NCBI GenBank assembly: GCA_027310185.1
Contig: DAIDBH010000018.1
Span: forward strand, 96,001-160,000
Source of the DNA: Thermoplasmatales archaeon
GTDB lineage: Archaea > Thermoplasmatota > Thermoplasmata > Thermoplasmatales > Thermoplasmataceae
Length of the DNA: 64,000 nt
Direction of reading: 5' to 3'
Numbering within the stretch: position 1 is the first letter of the stretch; each line of letters begins with the position of its first letter. The notes under the pieces are model-generated. The model was not told the origin of the DNA. It made no database searches and saw nothing but the letters and a program-made list of their open reading frames with translations. Positions 32,227-41,792 of the stretch are shown here, one piece after another. The position numbers and the translations under genes were made by a program.

Positions 32227-32258
32227 GCTATAGTAGAACAAACCCGTTTTACTGCGGC
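32227..32258 (+). promoter_or_regulatory. Hairpin in the rpl11-rpl1 spacer (candidate r-protein leader)
   Basis: GCTATAGTAGAAC / GTTTTACTGCGGC stem with an AAACCC loop, between a TATA-like TATTTAAT and the GGAGG RBS. Confidence 0.5.
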
Positions 32259-32277
32259 AATGCCTCAGGAGGGAAAT

Positions 32278-32919
32278 ATGTCAATAGAAGAAAAAGTGAA
32301 ACAAGCGTTAAAGGAGTCGAAGGAGAGGAAATTTACAGAATCTCTAGATCTTTCAGTTAACCTGAAAGGGGTTGATTTAAGCAACCCAAAAAACAGGATT
32401 AACGATGAGATATCACTTCCTAAAGGAAGAGGAAAGGAGATCAAGGTTGCCTTATTCGGGAGTGAAGAGATGAGAGGAAAAGTGAAGGATACAGCCGATT
32501 ATGTTTTTGGCGCGGAGGACCTATCCAAATTCGCCGAAGACAAGAAAGGATTCAAGAAAATAGTGAATCAGGCAGATTTCTTCCTTGCGGAAGCAAATCT
32601 TATGACAACGATCGGTAGATCACTAGGTCAGGTTCTTGGTCCAAGAGGAAAAATACCCAGAGCCGTACCACCAAGCCAGGACCCCTCAAGTCTTATAGTC
32701 TCACTGAAAAAAACAGTTAGAGTGAGAAGCAGGGATAAGAGAACATTCCACGTACCCGTTGGAATGAAGACAATGCCGGAGAAGGATATAGCAGATAATG
32801 TGAGAGAAGTCATAAAGAGGATCACTTCCCATCTTGAAAAAGGTTACGGGAACATAGACAGCATATACATAAAAACAACAATGGGTAAAGCTGTAAAGAT
32901 AGATGAAGGTGATTTCTGA
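32278..32919 (+). CDS. rpl1: 50S ribosomal protein L1
   Basis: RKFTESLDL, LPKGRGK, LGPRGK, KTTMG; ATG after GGAGG. Confidence 0.97.
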   Translation: MSIEEKVKQALKESKERKFTESLDLSVNLKGVDLSNPKNRINDEISLPKGRGKEIKVALFGSEEMRGKVKDTADYVFGAEDLSKFAEDKKGFKKIVNQADFFLAEANLMTTIGRSLGQVLGPRGKIPRAVPPSQDPSSLIVSLKKTVRVRSRDKRTFHVPVGMKTMPEKDIADNVREVIKRITSHLEKGYGNIDSIYIKTTMGKAVKIDEGDF

Positions 32920-33845
32920 TGACAGTTACACCTCAATGGAAAGTTGATCTTGTTGATCATATTGCATCAACAATCTCAGAAAGCCCGGTAACTGCGTTTG
33001 TGAGCATCAAGGGAATAAGGAACAAACAGTTGCAGGGAATAAGAAGGGCACTGAGAGGAGAAGCATCAATAAGAGTGGTAAGAGGGACGCTTCTTGAAAA
33101 AGCTCTTGAAAAGGCAGGAAAGAAAAATATAGATAAACTGAAGGCATTCGTCGGAGGCCAGATCGCACTTGTCACAACAACAGACTCACCTGCAAAGCTG
33201 TACTCAAAACTGGAAAAGAACAGGCAAAAGTCAGCTGCAAGGGGTGGAGAAATTGCTGAAGAGGATATAGTTGTACCAGCCAAGGATACAAACTTTCCTC
33301 CAGGCCCAATGATCAGTGAGTTTCAGAAAGTCGGTTTACAGGCAGCTATCGAGAAGGGAAAAATAGTAATAAAGAAGGAAATGCTCTTTGTCAAGAAAGG
33401 GGACAAGATATCAAAAGAAAAGGCAAAGATACTTGAGAAACTTGAAATTCTTCCTCTTGATGTAGGCCTTGATGTAGTATCTGCATACGAAGATGGCATC
33501 ATATTTGACAGGGAAGCCATGTCCCTGACACCAGAAAAGGTAATGTCTGACATTGCATCTGCTTTCTCGCAGGGTAAGTTCCTTGCAACTGACATAACAT
33601 TCATTGTGAATGAAATAATGCCAGAATTAATAGTGAAGGCAAGAATGCAGGCAGAGTCCCTTGCAATGGCAGCCAATTTCATAGATGAGAACAATATGGC
33701 ATCGTTCATTCTGAAGGCAGCATCGCAGGCTTCGGCACTTCAGAACGAGCTCGAGGGAGAACCCGAGGAAACTAAGGAAGAGACAAAGGAAGAAAAGCCC
33801 AAGGAAGAGGATGGGGCTGCAGGGTTTGGAGCCCTGTTCGGATAA
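32919..33845 (+). CDS. rpl10: 50S ribosomal protein L10 (P0)
   Basis: [19 protein letters not shown], acidic C-tail ending GFGALFG. Confidence 0.96.
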   Translation: MTVTPQWKVDLVDHIASTISESPVTAFVSIKGIRNKQLQGIRRALRGEASIRVVRGTLLEKALEKAGKKNIDKLKAFVGGQIALVTTTDSPAKLYSKLEKNRQKSAARGGEIAEEDIVVPAKDTNFPPGPMISEFQKVGLQAAIEKGKIVIKKEMLFVKKGDKISKEKAKILEKLEILPLDVGLDVVSAYEDGIIFDREAMSLTPEKVMSDIASAFSQGKFLATDITFIVNEIMPELIVKARMQAESLAMAANFIDENNMASFILKAASQASALQNELEGEPEETKEETKEEKPKEEDGAAGFGALFG

Positions 33846-33859
33846 AGGAGGTAAAAAGA

Positions 33860-34165
33860 ATGGAATATATATACGGAGCCCTGTTGCTTCATGCAGCAGG
33901 AAAAGAAGTAGATGAGGAAAAACTGAAAAAGGTGCTTGAAGACGCTGGTGTAACACCAGACGAAGCAAGACTGAAATCTTTGGTATCAAGTCTCAAGGAC
34001 GTAAATATTGAAGATGTAATAAAGCATGCAGCAGCTGCACCAGTAGCCGCTGCTCCTGCACAGGCACCTGCAAAGAAAGAGGAGAAGAAGGAAGAAAAGA
34101 AGGAAGAAAAGCCTGAAGCTAATGAAGAAGATGCAATGGCTGGACTGAGTTCATTATTCGGATGA
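33860..34165 (+). CDS. rpl12: 50S ribosomal protein L12 (P1)
   Basis: [11 protein letters not shown], Ala-rich hinge, GLSSLFG. Confidence 0.97.
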   Translation: MEYIYGALLLHAAGKEVDEEKLKKVLEDAGVTPDEARLKSLVSSLKDVNIEDVIKHAAAAPVAAAPAQAPAKKEEKKEEKKEEKPEANEEDAMAGLSSLFG

Positions 34166-34169
34166 ACAG

Positions 34170-34364
34170 ATGAACTGGAAAGAGTTTATTTCAGGAATTA
34201 TTCTTTATTTCCTTCCCATAGCCATTTTCTTGGTATCTATATTCATAATACCAAATGCGTTGTGGGTTGCGATATCGATAACCTGGATATTCACTTCACT
34301 TTTCTATAAACTTTTGACCCTTCCAGATTCCCAGGAAAGAAGGGAAAGGAACAACTCATTCTAA
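34170..34364 (+). CDS. Small two-TM membrane protein, unknown function
   Basis: 64 aa with two hydrophobic helices and a charged tail; 4 nt after rpl12. Confidence 0.65.
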   Translation: MNWKEFISGIILYFLPIAIFLVSIFIIPNALWVAISITWIFTSLFYKLLTLPDSQERRERNNSF

Positions 34365-34636
34365 CTCTTTTAAATTGATAAGAAGTTATTATTGAATATT
34401 GTTAATTAACGCATTTTATGATTGGATACTGTAACTCACTAATCGTTGAAGTTCTATCGATGATCAAGGTGTTATTTTAAATCATTGCATATGCTGAAGA
34501 CAAAATGCTTCATTTTTTAGGATTTAAACGTCATCATCTTACATCTGATGAATTTCTGTTCATTGGTCACAACCAATAACTGATAGCCCAGGTAAAAAAA
34601 TAAGTAAAATTAAATGAAGTTGATTTAAAAATATGC

Positions 34637-35158
34637 TTAATAGGTCATTTCTGGATTTGGAGGTAGCTGTTTCCTCTTCATGACCAGTCCAACTATTAAT
34701 ACTATGAAGCCTACGAATCCCAGAACTCCTCCAAGCAAAACTGGAAGAAGCGATACGAGTAAAGAGTCAATTGATTTCTTTATCATACTAACTTTTGCCT
34801 GATGGGTACCAAAAGTAATAATGACATACGTACCTGGAGATATACTGGTGTATTCAATTGTAGTTACACCAGAGGTTGTAGAGACCGTCCCATTTACCTC
34901 ATAACTACCAACATTGCTTGAGGTGACTGAGCTTGCATCGCTTCCTGGAACCAGATACGTCTTGCTGTCGTTGGAAGTAAGCACAATGAGCTGGCCAGAT
35001 GAAACCTGAATGCTGGAACTGTCCCACTGGGAAGTTCCTTTTTCTGTAAAAGTTGGAGAAGTTGTAATTCCTGATATTCCAAGGTCTCCTCCTGCATAGA
35101 AAAGGGCAACTCCCACTATAAGTAGAACAAGCCCTATAATGACGATATTTTTACGCAT
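34637..35158 (-). CDS. Membrane protein with an extracytoplasmic Ser/Thr-rich beta domain
   Basis: N- and C-terminal TM helices flank an S/T-rich segment; AGGTGA RBS before MRKN. Confidence 0.75.
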   Translation of the reverse strand: MRKNIVIIGLVLLIVGVALFYAGGDLGISGITTSPTFTEKGTSQWDSSSIQVSSGQLIVLTSNDSKTYLVPGSDASSVTSSNVGSYEVNGTVSTTSGVTTIEYTSISPGTYVIITFGTHQAKVSMIKKSIDSLLVSLLPVLLGGVLGFVGFIVLIVGLVMKRKQLPPNPEMTY

Positions 35159-35491
35159 TGAAATCACCTTACTTATTGAAATTGAGTTAATTAAAATTTG
35201 TGGACACCAATGTATAATTTTCTTTTTAAGATATTAAATAAACGAATTTAGTCTCATTCAATTGAAACAATTCTGAGACAGATTCATAATCAAATAAATT
35301 CAATAACTCACAGGGGGCATTCTCAATCTGAAAGAACATGAATTCCATAGGGATTACAAAAATAAAAATCAGTTCTTAATGACATAAATCAAGCAGATAT
35401 GAAGCCTGACTATCCTTGAATTTCAGTTGAATCTTAACTTATAGTAAGAAGAGAAACCAAAACTAATATTCACGATCATATTACATCAAAT

Positions 35492-36139
35492 GTGACTTTT
35501 AAAATTTTGATCACAGGGTTTGAACCATTTCTTGAATTCACAACTAACCCTTCTGGAAAAATAGCAGAGTATTTTGAAGGAAGAGTTGAAGGCAACATAG
35601 AATATCATGGAGTGATATTGCCAGTAGATTATTCCTCACTCGAATCCATGCTTATCGAGTCAATAGATAAAATCAATCCTGTTCTGGTCATAGGCACAGG
35701 ACTGGCAGCTGGCAGATCTAAAATGTCATTAGAAAAAATAGGAATGAACTATAAATATTCTAAAAGTCCAGACAACAGTGGGAAAACCATGAATGGTGAA
35801 ATTATAGATCCAGGTTTGCCAGCAGGCATATTCTCCATGTTGGATGTTGAGTCGCTGGTAGATGATCTGAACAGCAGGGGAATACCTGCAGAAATGAGTT
35901 TTACTGCCGGGGCTTATCTTTGCAACAATGCTCTTTTCCTCATACTCAGGGAATGCAGGAAGAGAAATATAAAGGGAGGTTTCATTCATCTTCCAATCAA
36001 TACTGAGTACGCAGCTAAATTCAGTAACAAAAATTATCCAAGCCTGCCCATAAGTGTAATGATTGAAGGGGTAAGGCATGTTGTTCAGAATGAAATTATT
36101 CGTGAATCAGCAAAATCGGAGCTACCGGGGGCAAATTAA
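35492..36139 (+). CDS. pcp: Pyroglutamyl-peptidase I
   Basis: ILITGFEPF, NPS, LE, AGAYLCN, GFIHLP (Glu-Cys-His triad). Confidence 0.94.
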   Translation: MTFKILITGFEPFLEFTTNPSGKIAEYFEGRVEGNIEYHGVILPVDYSSLESMLIESIDKINPVLVIGTGLAAGRSKMSLEKIGMNYKYSKSPDNSGKTMNGEIIDPGLPAGIFSMLDVESLVDDLNSRGIPAEMSFTAGAYLCNNALFLILRECRKRNIKGGFIHLPINTEYAAKFSNKNYPSLPISVMIEGVRHVVQNEIIRESAKSELPGAN

Positions 36140-36215
36140 ATTTTAAGTTATTGAAGCTGAACATTAACATATAAGAGTAGGGTTAATTTAATTTCCTCAA
36201 TTGTATGTGGGTATT

Positions 36216-37112
36216 ATGAAGATAGTAGAGTGTGTCCCGAATTTTAGTGAAGGCAGGGATAGGGAGAAGGTAGAAGCAATTACAAGGGAAATTGCCTCTG
36301 TCGGAAATGTTAAAATTCTTGATATGGAAATGGATGCAAACCACAACAGGAGTGTTGTTACTTTTACCTGCGAACCTCAATATGCAGTTGAGGCTGCTTT
36401 CAGGGGAATAAAGAAAGCATCTGAACTAATAGATATGGACAATCATCAGGGTGAACATCCCAGGTTTGGGTCAGCGGATGTCATCCCATTTATTCCAGTG
36501 TCTGAAGTTTCACTTAAGGAATGTGTAGACCTTGCAAACCAGCTTGGAAAGAGAGTAGGAGAGGAGTTGAATATCCCGGTATTTATGTACTCAGATGCTG
36601 CTGTAACAGAGAAGAGAAAGAACCTGGAAAATATAAGACACAAAAACTTCCAGTATGAACAATTAAAGACAGAAATTGGTAAGGGAGATTACATTCCTGA
36701 TTTTGGGCCTCTTGAACTAAGCAAAGCTGGTGCCTCAATTATTGGAGCAAGAGATTTTCTGGTTGCATACAATGTTAATCTAAGATCTCAGGACATGGAG
36801 GCAGGAAAGAAAATTGCAAAGGCTTTGAGGGCTAAGGATGGGGGACTAAGCTTCGTAAAAGCCCTGGCTTTCTATCTTGAAGACAAGAAGTGTGTCCAGA
36901 TATCAATGAACCTTACAAATTATAAGAAAACTCCAGTATACCGGGCATATGAAATGGTAAAGCTTGAAGCATCCAGGTACGGTATTGAGATCATGGAGTC
37001 AGAAGTTATCGGGCTTATACCACTGGATGCCATTTTAGAAACTGGAAGATTCTATATGAGAATGAATAGCTTCAAGTCAAACCAGATATTTGAAAAGAAG
37101 GTGTGGGAATGA
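36216..37112 (+). CDS. ftcd: Glutamate formimidoyltransferase
   Basis: ECVPNFSEGR, HNRSV, GEHPRFG, GARDFLVAYN, QISMNL. Confidence 0.95.
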   Translation: MKIVECVPNFSEGRDREKVEAITREIASVGNVKILDMEMDANHNRSVVTFTCEPQYAVEAAFRGIKKASELIDMDNHQGEHPRFGSADVIPFIPVSEVSLKECVDLANQLGKRVGEELNIPVFMYSDAAVTEKRKNLENIRHKNFQYEQLKTEIGKGDYIPDFGPLELSKAGASIIGARDFLVAYNVNLRSQDMEAGKKIAKALRAKDGGLSFVKALAFYLEDKKCVQISMNLTNYKKTPVYRAYEMVKLEASRYGIEIMESEVIGLIPLDAILETGRFYMRMNSFKSNQIFEKKVWE

Positions 37113-37741
37113 TCGACCTGAATAATTTCATGAAAGAACTGGAATCATCATCTCCTGCACCAGGTGGGGGATCTGCAGCTGCACTTGTAGGGGCAGTTTC
37201 TGCATCTCTTGGCCTGATGGTTTCACACCTGACGGAGGGAAAGAAGGGATATGAAGCACAGCAGGATGAAATCGGCAGGATAATCAGTGAAATGATTGAG
37301 GTAAAAGCCCTACTAATGAAAGGAATAGAAGATGATACCGAAGCATTCAACGGGATTGCTTCAGCAAGGAAACTTCCAAAATCCAACGAAGAGGAAAGGA
37401 AGATCAGAAAGGAGGCGATGGATATTGCAATGAAGGATGCAATAAGAAGCCCATGGAGGATCGCAATGAACTGCCAGAGAGCAATGAGGCTGAACAGCAG
37501 GTTACTGAAAATAGGAAACAGGAATGCATCGTCGGATGCTGCAGCGGGTCTTATCATGGCTAAGGCTGCTGCTGACTCAGCGCTCCTCAATGTGAGAATA
37601 AACCTGAAGTTCATGAATAAGGACTCCTACAGTGATGAACAGCAACTAAAGGTCAAATTCTTCAATGAAGACTGCGAAACCATTCTTAGGGATTCACTTA
37701 GCACCTTCAACAAGTTGATGGAACCTGAGGGTGGCGCCTGA
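37109..37741 (+). CDS. Formiminotetrahydrofolate cyclodeaminase family protein
   Basis: PAPGGGSAAAL, DTEAF, GNRNASSDA, NVRINL. Confidence 0.92.
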   Translation: MIDLNNFMKELESSSPAPGGGSAAALVGAVSASLGLMVSHLTEGKKGYEAQQDEIGRIISEMIEVKALLMKGIEDDTEAFNGIASARKLPKSNEEERKIRKEAMDIAMKDAIRSPWRIAMNCQRAMRLNSRLLKIGNRNASSDAAAGLIMAKAAADSALLNVRINLKFMNKDSYSDEQQLKVKFFNEDCETILRDSLSTFNKLMEPEGGA

Positions 37742-37742
37742 T

Positions 37743-38969
37743 ATGTCAGAAAACAAACAAATGCCAACAATTGAAGACATACGAGATGCAAGAGAATTCC
37801 TCAGAGGGAAAACAGAGATAACACCCTTGATGTATTCAAAAACATTTTCAGACATGTTCAACGCACCCATATACCTGAAACTTGAGAATTTTCAGAAGAC
37901 GGGGTCGTTCAAATCCAGGGGGGCACTGTTCAAGATAAGCAAGCTTACAGAACAGGAAAAAGGCGCAGGTGTAGTTGCATGCAGTGCAGGGAATCACGCG
38001 CAGGGAGTTGCTTTTGCAGCGAAGGCAAGCGGAATAAGTTCAAAAATAGTAATGCCTTCTTACACAATCAGTGCCAAGATCAACGCAGTGAGGAATTATG
38101 GGGCTGAAATACTTCTTCATGGGGATAGCTATGCGGAATCATACATGGAGGCAAAGAGGATCTCAATGAGTGAAGGCAGAACTTTCATAGATGGATTCAA
38201 TGACAGGTTCATAATCTCAGGACAGGGAACCATTGGGCTGGAAATTATCGAACAGTTGCCGGAAGTTCAGAACGTGATTGTGCCAACGGGTGGAGGAGGG
38301 CTCATATCCGGTATAGCGATGGCAATAAAGGAATCTGGAAAAAATGTCAATATTTATGGAGTACAGAGTGAAAACTGTGATGCAGTAATCCAGAATCTTT
38401 CAGGTGGACCGGTTGTAGGGTCCAGAGGTTTCACAATAGCCGATGGAATCGCTGTCCAGAATCCTGGAGATATGAACATTGATCTGATCAGGAAATACGT
38501 AGATAGTGTAGTCAGCGTCAATGATGAACAGATGGCATACGCACTTTTCAAGTTACTAGAAAGGCAGAAAATAGTTGTGGAAGCATCAGGTGCAGCACCT
38601 ATTGCAGCAGTAATGTCAGGGAAGATAGACCTCAAGGGAAAGCCAACAGTACTGGTAGTTTCCGGAGGGAACATTGATCTTCTTCTTCTTTCAAAGATAA
38701 TATTCAAGAGCATGGAGATAGATCTTGGACTGGTCAGGATTGAGTGCAAGATACCTGACAGGCCAGGAACACTCCAGAGAATTACCTCATCCATATCAGC
38801 GTCAGGGGCAAACATATTTCATGCAGAGGTGGATAACCTTTCCCAGGATACGCCTGTAGGTTATCAGGACATCCGTTTCAGCATAAATGTCAGGGATAAG
38901 GATCACCTGGATATACTTCTTGAAAGATTGAAGGAATCAGGCTATAAATTCGTTGTAAAATCTGATTGA
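37743..38969 (+). CDS. ilvA: Threonine ammonia-lyase with C-terminal ACT domain
   Basis: KLENFQKTGSFKSRG, SAGNHAQG, GGGGLISG, SGGNID, DRPG ACT motif. Confidence 0.94.
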   Translation: MSENKQMPTIEDIRDAREFLRGKTEITPLMYSKTFSDMFNAPIYLKLENFQKTGSFKSRGALFKISKLTEQEKGAGVVACSAGNHAQGVAFAAKASGISSKIVMPSYTISAKINAVRNYGAEILLHGDSYAESYMEAKRISMSEGRTFIDGFNDRFIISGQGTIGLEIIEQLPEVQNVIVPTGGGGLISGIAMAIKESGKNVNIYGVQSENCDAVIQNLSGGPVVGSRGFTIADGIAVQNPGDMNIDLIRKYVDSVVSVNDEQMAYALFKLLERQKIVVEASGAAPIAAVMSGKIDLKGKPTVLVVSGGNIDLLLLSKIIFKSMEIDLGLVRIECKIPDRPGTLQRITSSISASGANIFHAEVDNLSQDTPVGYQDIRFSINVRDKDHLDILLERLKESGYKFVVKSD

Positions 38970-39071
38970 TATCTTTTTTACCATCTGGACTTCCTTCAAT
39001 CTATTTTCCAGATCTGTAGACCGTATTGAGTATATTTATCATTCTTCATCAGCCTGTGATAAAAATTAAAA

Positions 39072-40160
39072 TCAGAATTTACTGATGACTGTTACGATAT
39101 CCCCATCTGATACGCCGTAATCAAGACCAACTCTCATGTCCCTTATCTTTGCGGATTCACTGGTTATGATAGCATACCTGAAAGATTCGATCATCTCCCT
39201 GCTTATCTTCCTGCATACTTCCCTTATGGTTGCACCCTCTGTAAGCACAAGAGGTCTTTCAAAGTCAATTACGCCTGCCTTATTCCTGAGGAATACTCTT
39301 ACAAGGTTTAATTCCCCATACAGAGCCTCCTTCAATTCATCAATGCCCACCTTCGATGAGGCAGATACTCTCACCACCTTTCCATATCTCTTCATGGCAT
39401 CTATCCTGCTTTCATCGTGAGGCATATCAATTTTATTGATAACAACAAGGGCCGGTATGTAAACAACATTTCCCCTGAAAAAATCAATAAGGTCATCGTC
39501 AGTTATATTCTCTCTTATGTACAGTTCCAGATTTGTCAACTTGAACTCCTTGGCAATTGCCTTGATCCGGTCTTCGTTCAGTTCGAGGCTCCTTGGTTTC
39601 CTGATTTTTATTCCACCCGTATTCATCCGCTTCATGGAGATATTCTTCTTCTTCCTGTTTATAACTATACCTGACTTTCTCAGTTCCTCTATGATCCTGT
39701 CCATGCCCTTGCATTCAACATCAGATATGAGCAGGATAAGATCAACTGCCCTTACCATGCTCAGAACTTCCCTCCCTCTTCCAGATCCAAGGGCAGCGTT
39801 ATCTATGATACCGGGAAGATCAAGTATCTGTATCTGGGTGCCTTTGTATTTCAGCGTTCCAGGGATTACTGTAAGGGTTGTGAATGCAAAATTTCCCACT
39901 TCGCTTTCAGTTCCTGTAATGGCATTTAGGAGGCTGCTTTTTCCAACATTCGGGTATCCCACAAGAGCAACTGATGCATCTCCTGACTTCGGGATGGAAA
40001 ATCCACCTTTTCCACCCGAATGACCAGCTTTTTCAGCGTCAAGCTGAAGCTTTGCCATCTTGGCCTTAAGAAGGCCAATATGTGATTCAGTTGCCTTGTT
40101 GTATTTTGTTTTATGAATCTCTTCTTCTATCTCCCTAATCCTGTCCTCTATAGTGGTCAA
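39072..40160 (-). CDS. DRG/OBG family GTPase with TGS domain
   Basis: NKATESHIG, GYPNVGKS, FTT, DLPG, NKID; TTG start after GAGGAGG. Confidence 0.94.
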   Translation of the reverse strand: MTTIEDRIREIEEEIHKTKYNKATESHIGLLKAKMAKLQLDAEKAGHSGGKGGFSIPKSGDASVALVGYPNVGKSSLLNAITGTESEVGNFAFTTLTVIPGTLKYKGTQIQILDLPGIIDNAALGSGRGREVLSMVRAVDLILLISDVECKGMDRIIEELRKSGIVINRKKKNISMKRMNTGGIKIRKPRSLELNEDRIKAIAKEFKLTNLELYIRENITDDDLIDFFRGNVVYIPALVVINKIDMPHDESRIDAMKRYGKVVRVSASSKVGIDELKEALYGELNLVRVFLRNKAGVIDFERPLVLTEGATIREVCRKISREMIESFRYAIITSESAKIRDMRVGLDYGVSDGDIVTVISKF

Positions 40161-40404
40161 TTATCCTCCTCTTTAAATATCAAATTCCTTACAAACAACA
40201 CTCCTGACTCTTTCATCCTTTTGCAAACATTTCAGCAACTTTCTACTACGATTTCCGTATAATGGTTAATGTATTAATTTATCTTTTTATTGTACAGCAT
40301 TTTTTGCAGCAAATGATCTCATTTGATCTAAAAAGAGAAAGTTTCATAAAGTTAGAAAATTTTTTCAGGGAGACACTCTTTTTCCATTACCTCGGAAATG
40401 ATAA

Positions 40405-41679
40405 TTATTCTTTGATTATTGTGCTCTCCCTTATCTTACCTATGGATATGATCCTTACAGGCTTCCCGCAAAGTTTTTCAATTGTTTCAATGTAATTCTT
40501 CATCTCTGGTGGCACGCTTTTATAGCCGGTTTCAACTATATGCTCTATCTCAGATTCCTTGAGCGACCCCCAGCTATCCATATGAATATACTGCGGTTCT
40601 GCCCTGTCATAGCCCATCAGTACTGTCATTGGGTTTATGACATCTGGCTTATAAGATTTGCATATGGAGATTTCCTTGAAAGTTCCAAGAACATCCAGTT
40701 TAGTAATGGAGAGTTCGTCAACATCGTTGAGTTCAGATGCATATCTTACAAGTGGAATATCGAGCCATCCTACTCTCCTGGGTCTTCCTGTAGTTGTACC
40801 ATATTCTGCACCAGCCTCCCTGAGACGATTAGCATCAGCTCCACTGAGCTCTGTGGGAAATGGTCCCTCTCCAACCCTCGAGGTATAGGATTTTATAACA
40901 CCAATTATCCTGTTTATCTTTCTCAGGGAAACTCCAGAACCCGTGTGAATGGCACCAGATATTGTGTTTGATGATGTAACATAGGGGTATGATCCGAAAT
41001 CAATGTCAAGCATTGTTCCATGGCCTCCCTCAAACACCATCTCCTCATTTTTATTCACGCAGTCAAACAGGAAAGATTCAGTCCTGGTAACATAATCCCT
41101 GATCTGTGGCCAGAAGCCGGCAAGTTCAACAGCGAGCTGGTTGAGTTTTTCCTCCGACTGGTATTCAGTTCCCCTGAGCTCAGATTCCCTCATTCTTGAA
41201 ATGAGGGAAAGTTTCTGCCTCACAATATTAATGTCTTTCAGGTCTCCAATCCTTATACCATTTCTTGAGTATTTTTCCTCATATGTTGGGCCTATTCCAT
41301 GGGAAGTTGTTCCTATCTTGCTCGCCCCACGCATTTCCTCCTGAGATTTGTCCATTGCCTTATGAAGTTTTGTAACAACGTTCGCGGCTGAACTTATGAG
41401 TATTCTCAGTTGAGGATTTTCTGGTAGTATGGTCTTAATCTCTGCAATAAGCGCTTCCGGATCTATTACCATTCCATTCCCAAGAACAATGGTTTTAGAT
41501 CTTAGAGATCCGGCGGGAAGAAGATGAAACTTGAATGTTCCCTTGCTTGTGACAACAGTATGGCCGGCATTTGTACCTCCATTGTATCTTACCATAATTG
41601 AATCCTTTCCGGAAACAAAATCAGTTATCTTACCCTTACCCTCATCACCAAACTGCAATCCAAGTACAAGGCTTCTCAT
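40405..41679 (-). CDS. purA: Adenylosuccinate synthetase
   Basis: QFGDEGKGK, GGTNAGHT, YPYVTSS, TTTGRPRR, TKLDVL. Confidence 0.96.
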   Translation of the reverse strand: MRSLVLGLQFGDEGKGKITDFVSGKDSIMVRYNGGTNAGHTVVTSKGTFKFHLLPAGSLRSKTIVLGNGMVIDPEALIAEIKTILPENPQLRILISSAANVVTKLHKAMDKSQEEMRGASKIGTTSHGIGPTYEEKYSRNGIRIGDLKDINIVRQKLSLISRMRESELRGTEYQSEEKLNQLAVELAGFWPQIRDYVTRTESFLFDCVNKNEEMVFEGGHGTMLDIDFGSYPYVTSSNTISGAIHTGSGVSLRKINRIIGVIKSYTSRVGEGPFPTELSGADANRLREAGAEYGTTTGRPRRVGWLDIPLVRYASELNDVDELSITKLDVLGTFKEISICKSYKPDVINPMTVLMGYDRAEPQYIHMDSWGSLKESEIEHIVETGYKSVPPEMKNYIETIEKLCGKPVRIISIGKIRESTIIKE

Positions 41680-41792
41680 AGTTTTTCAATGGAATTTGTT
41701 TCATCTATTAATTACCTTTGCTAAGAATTCATGGAAAAAATTATAGATCATGAAGAATGTGAAAGAAGATCGGGTGACTTTGATTGGGAGAT

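Noticed and set aside
34545-34583. CTGATGA...CTGA candidate C/D box sRNA
   Set aside because: Only 39 nt, no clear D'/C' boxes, and no guide complementarity identified.
35157-35279. ATTGAAA(C/T) occurrences resembling CRISPR repeat 3' ends, plus a GTCTCA/TGAGAC hairpin
   Set aside because: No repeated 24-40 nt unit, irregular spacing and no cas genes.
40405-41679. Possible PurZ (diaminopurine pathway)
   Set aside because: The catalytic Asp of GDEGKG is retained and there is no phage context, so this is PurA.
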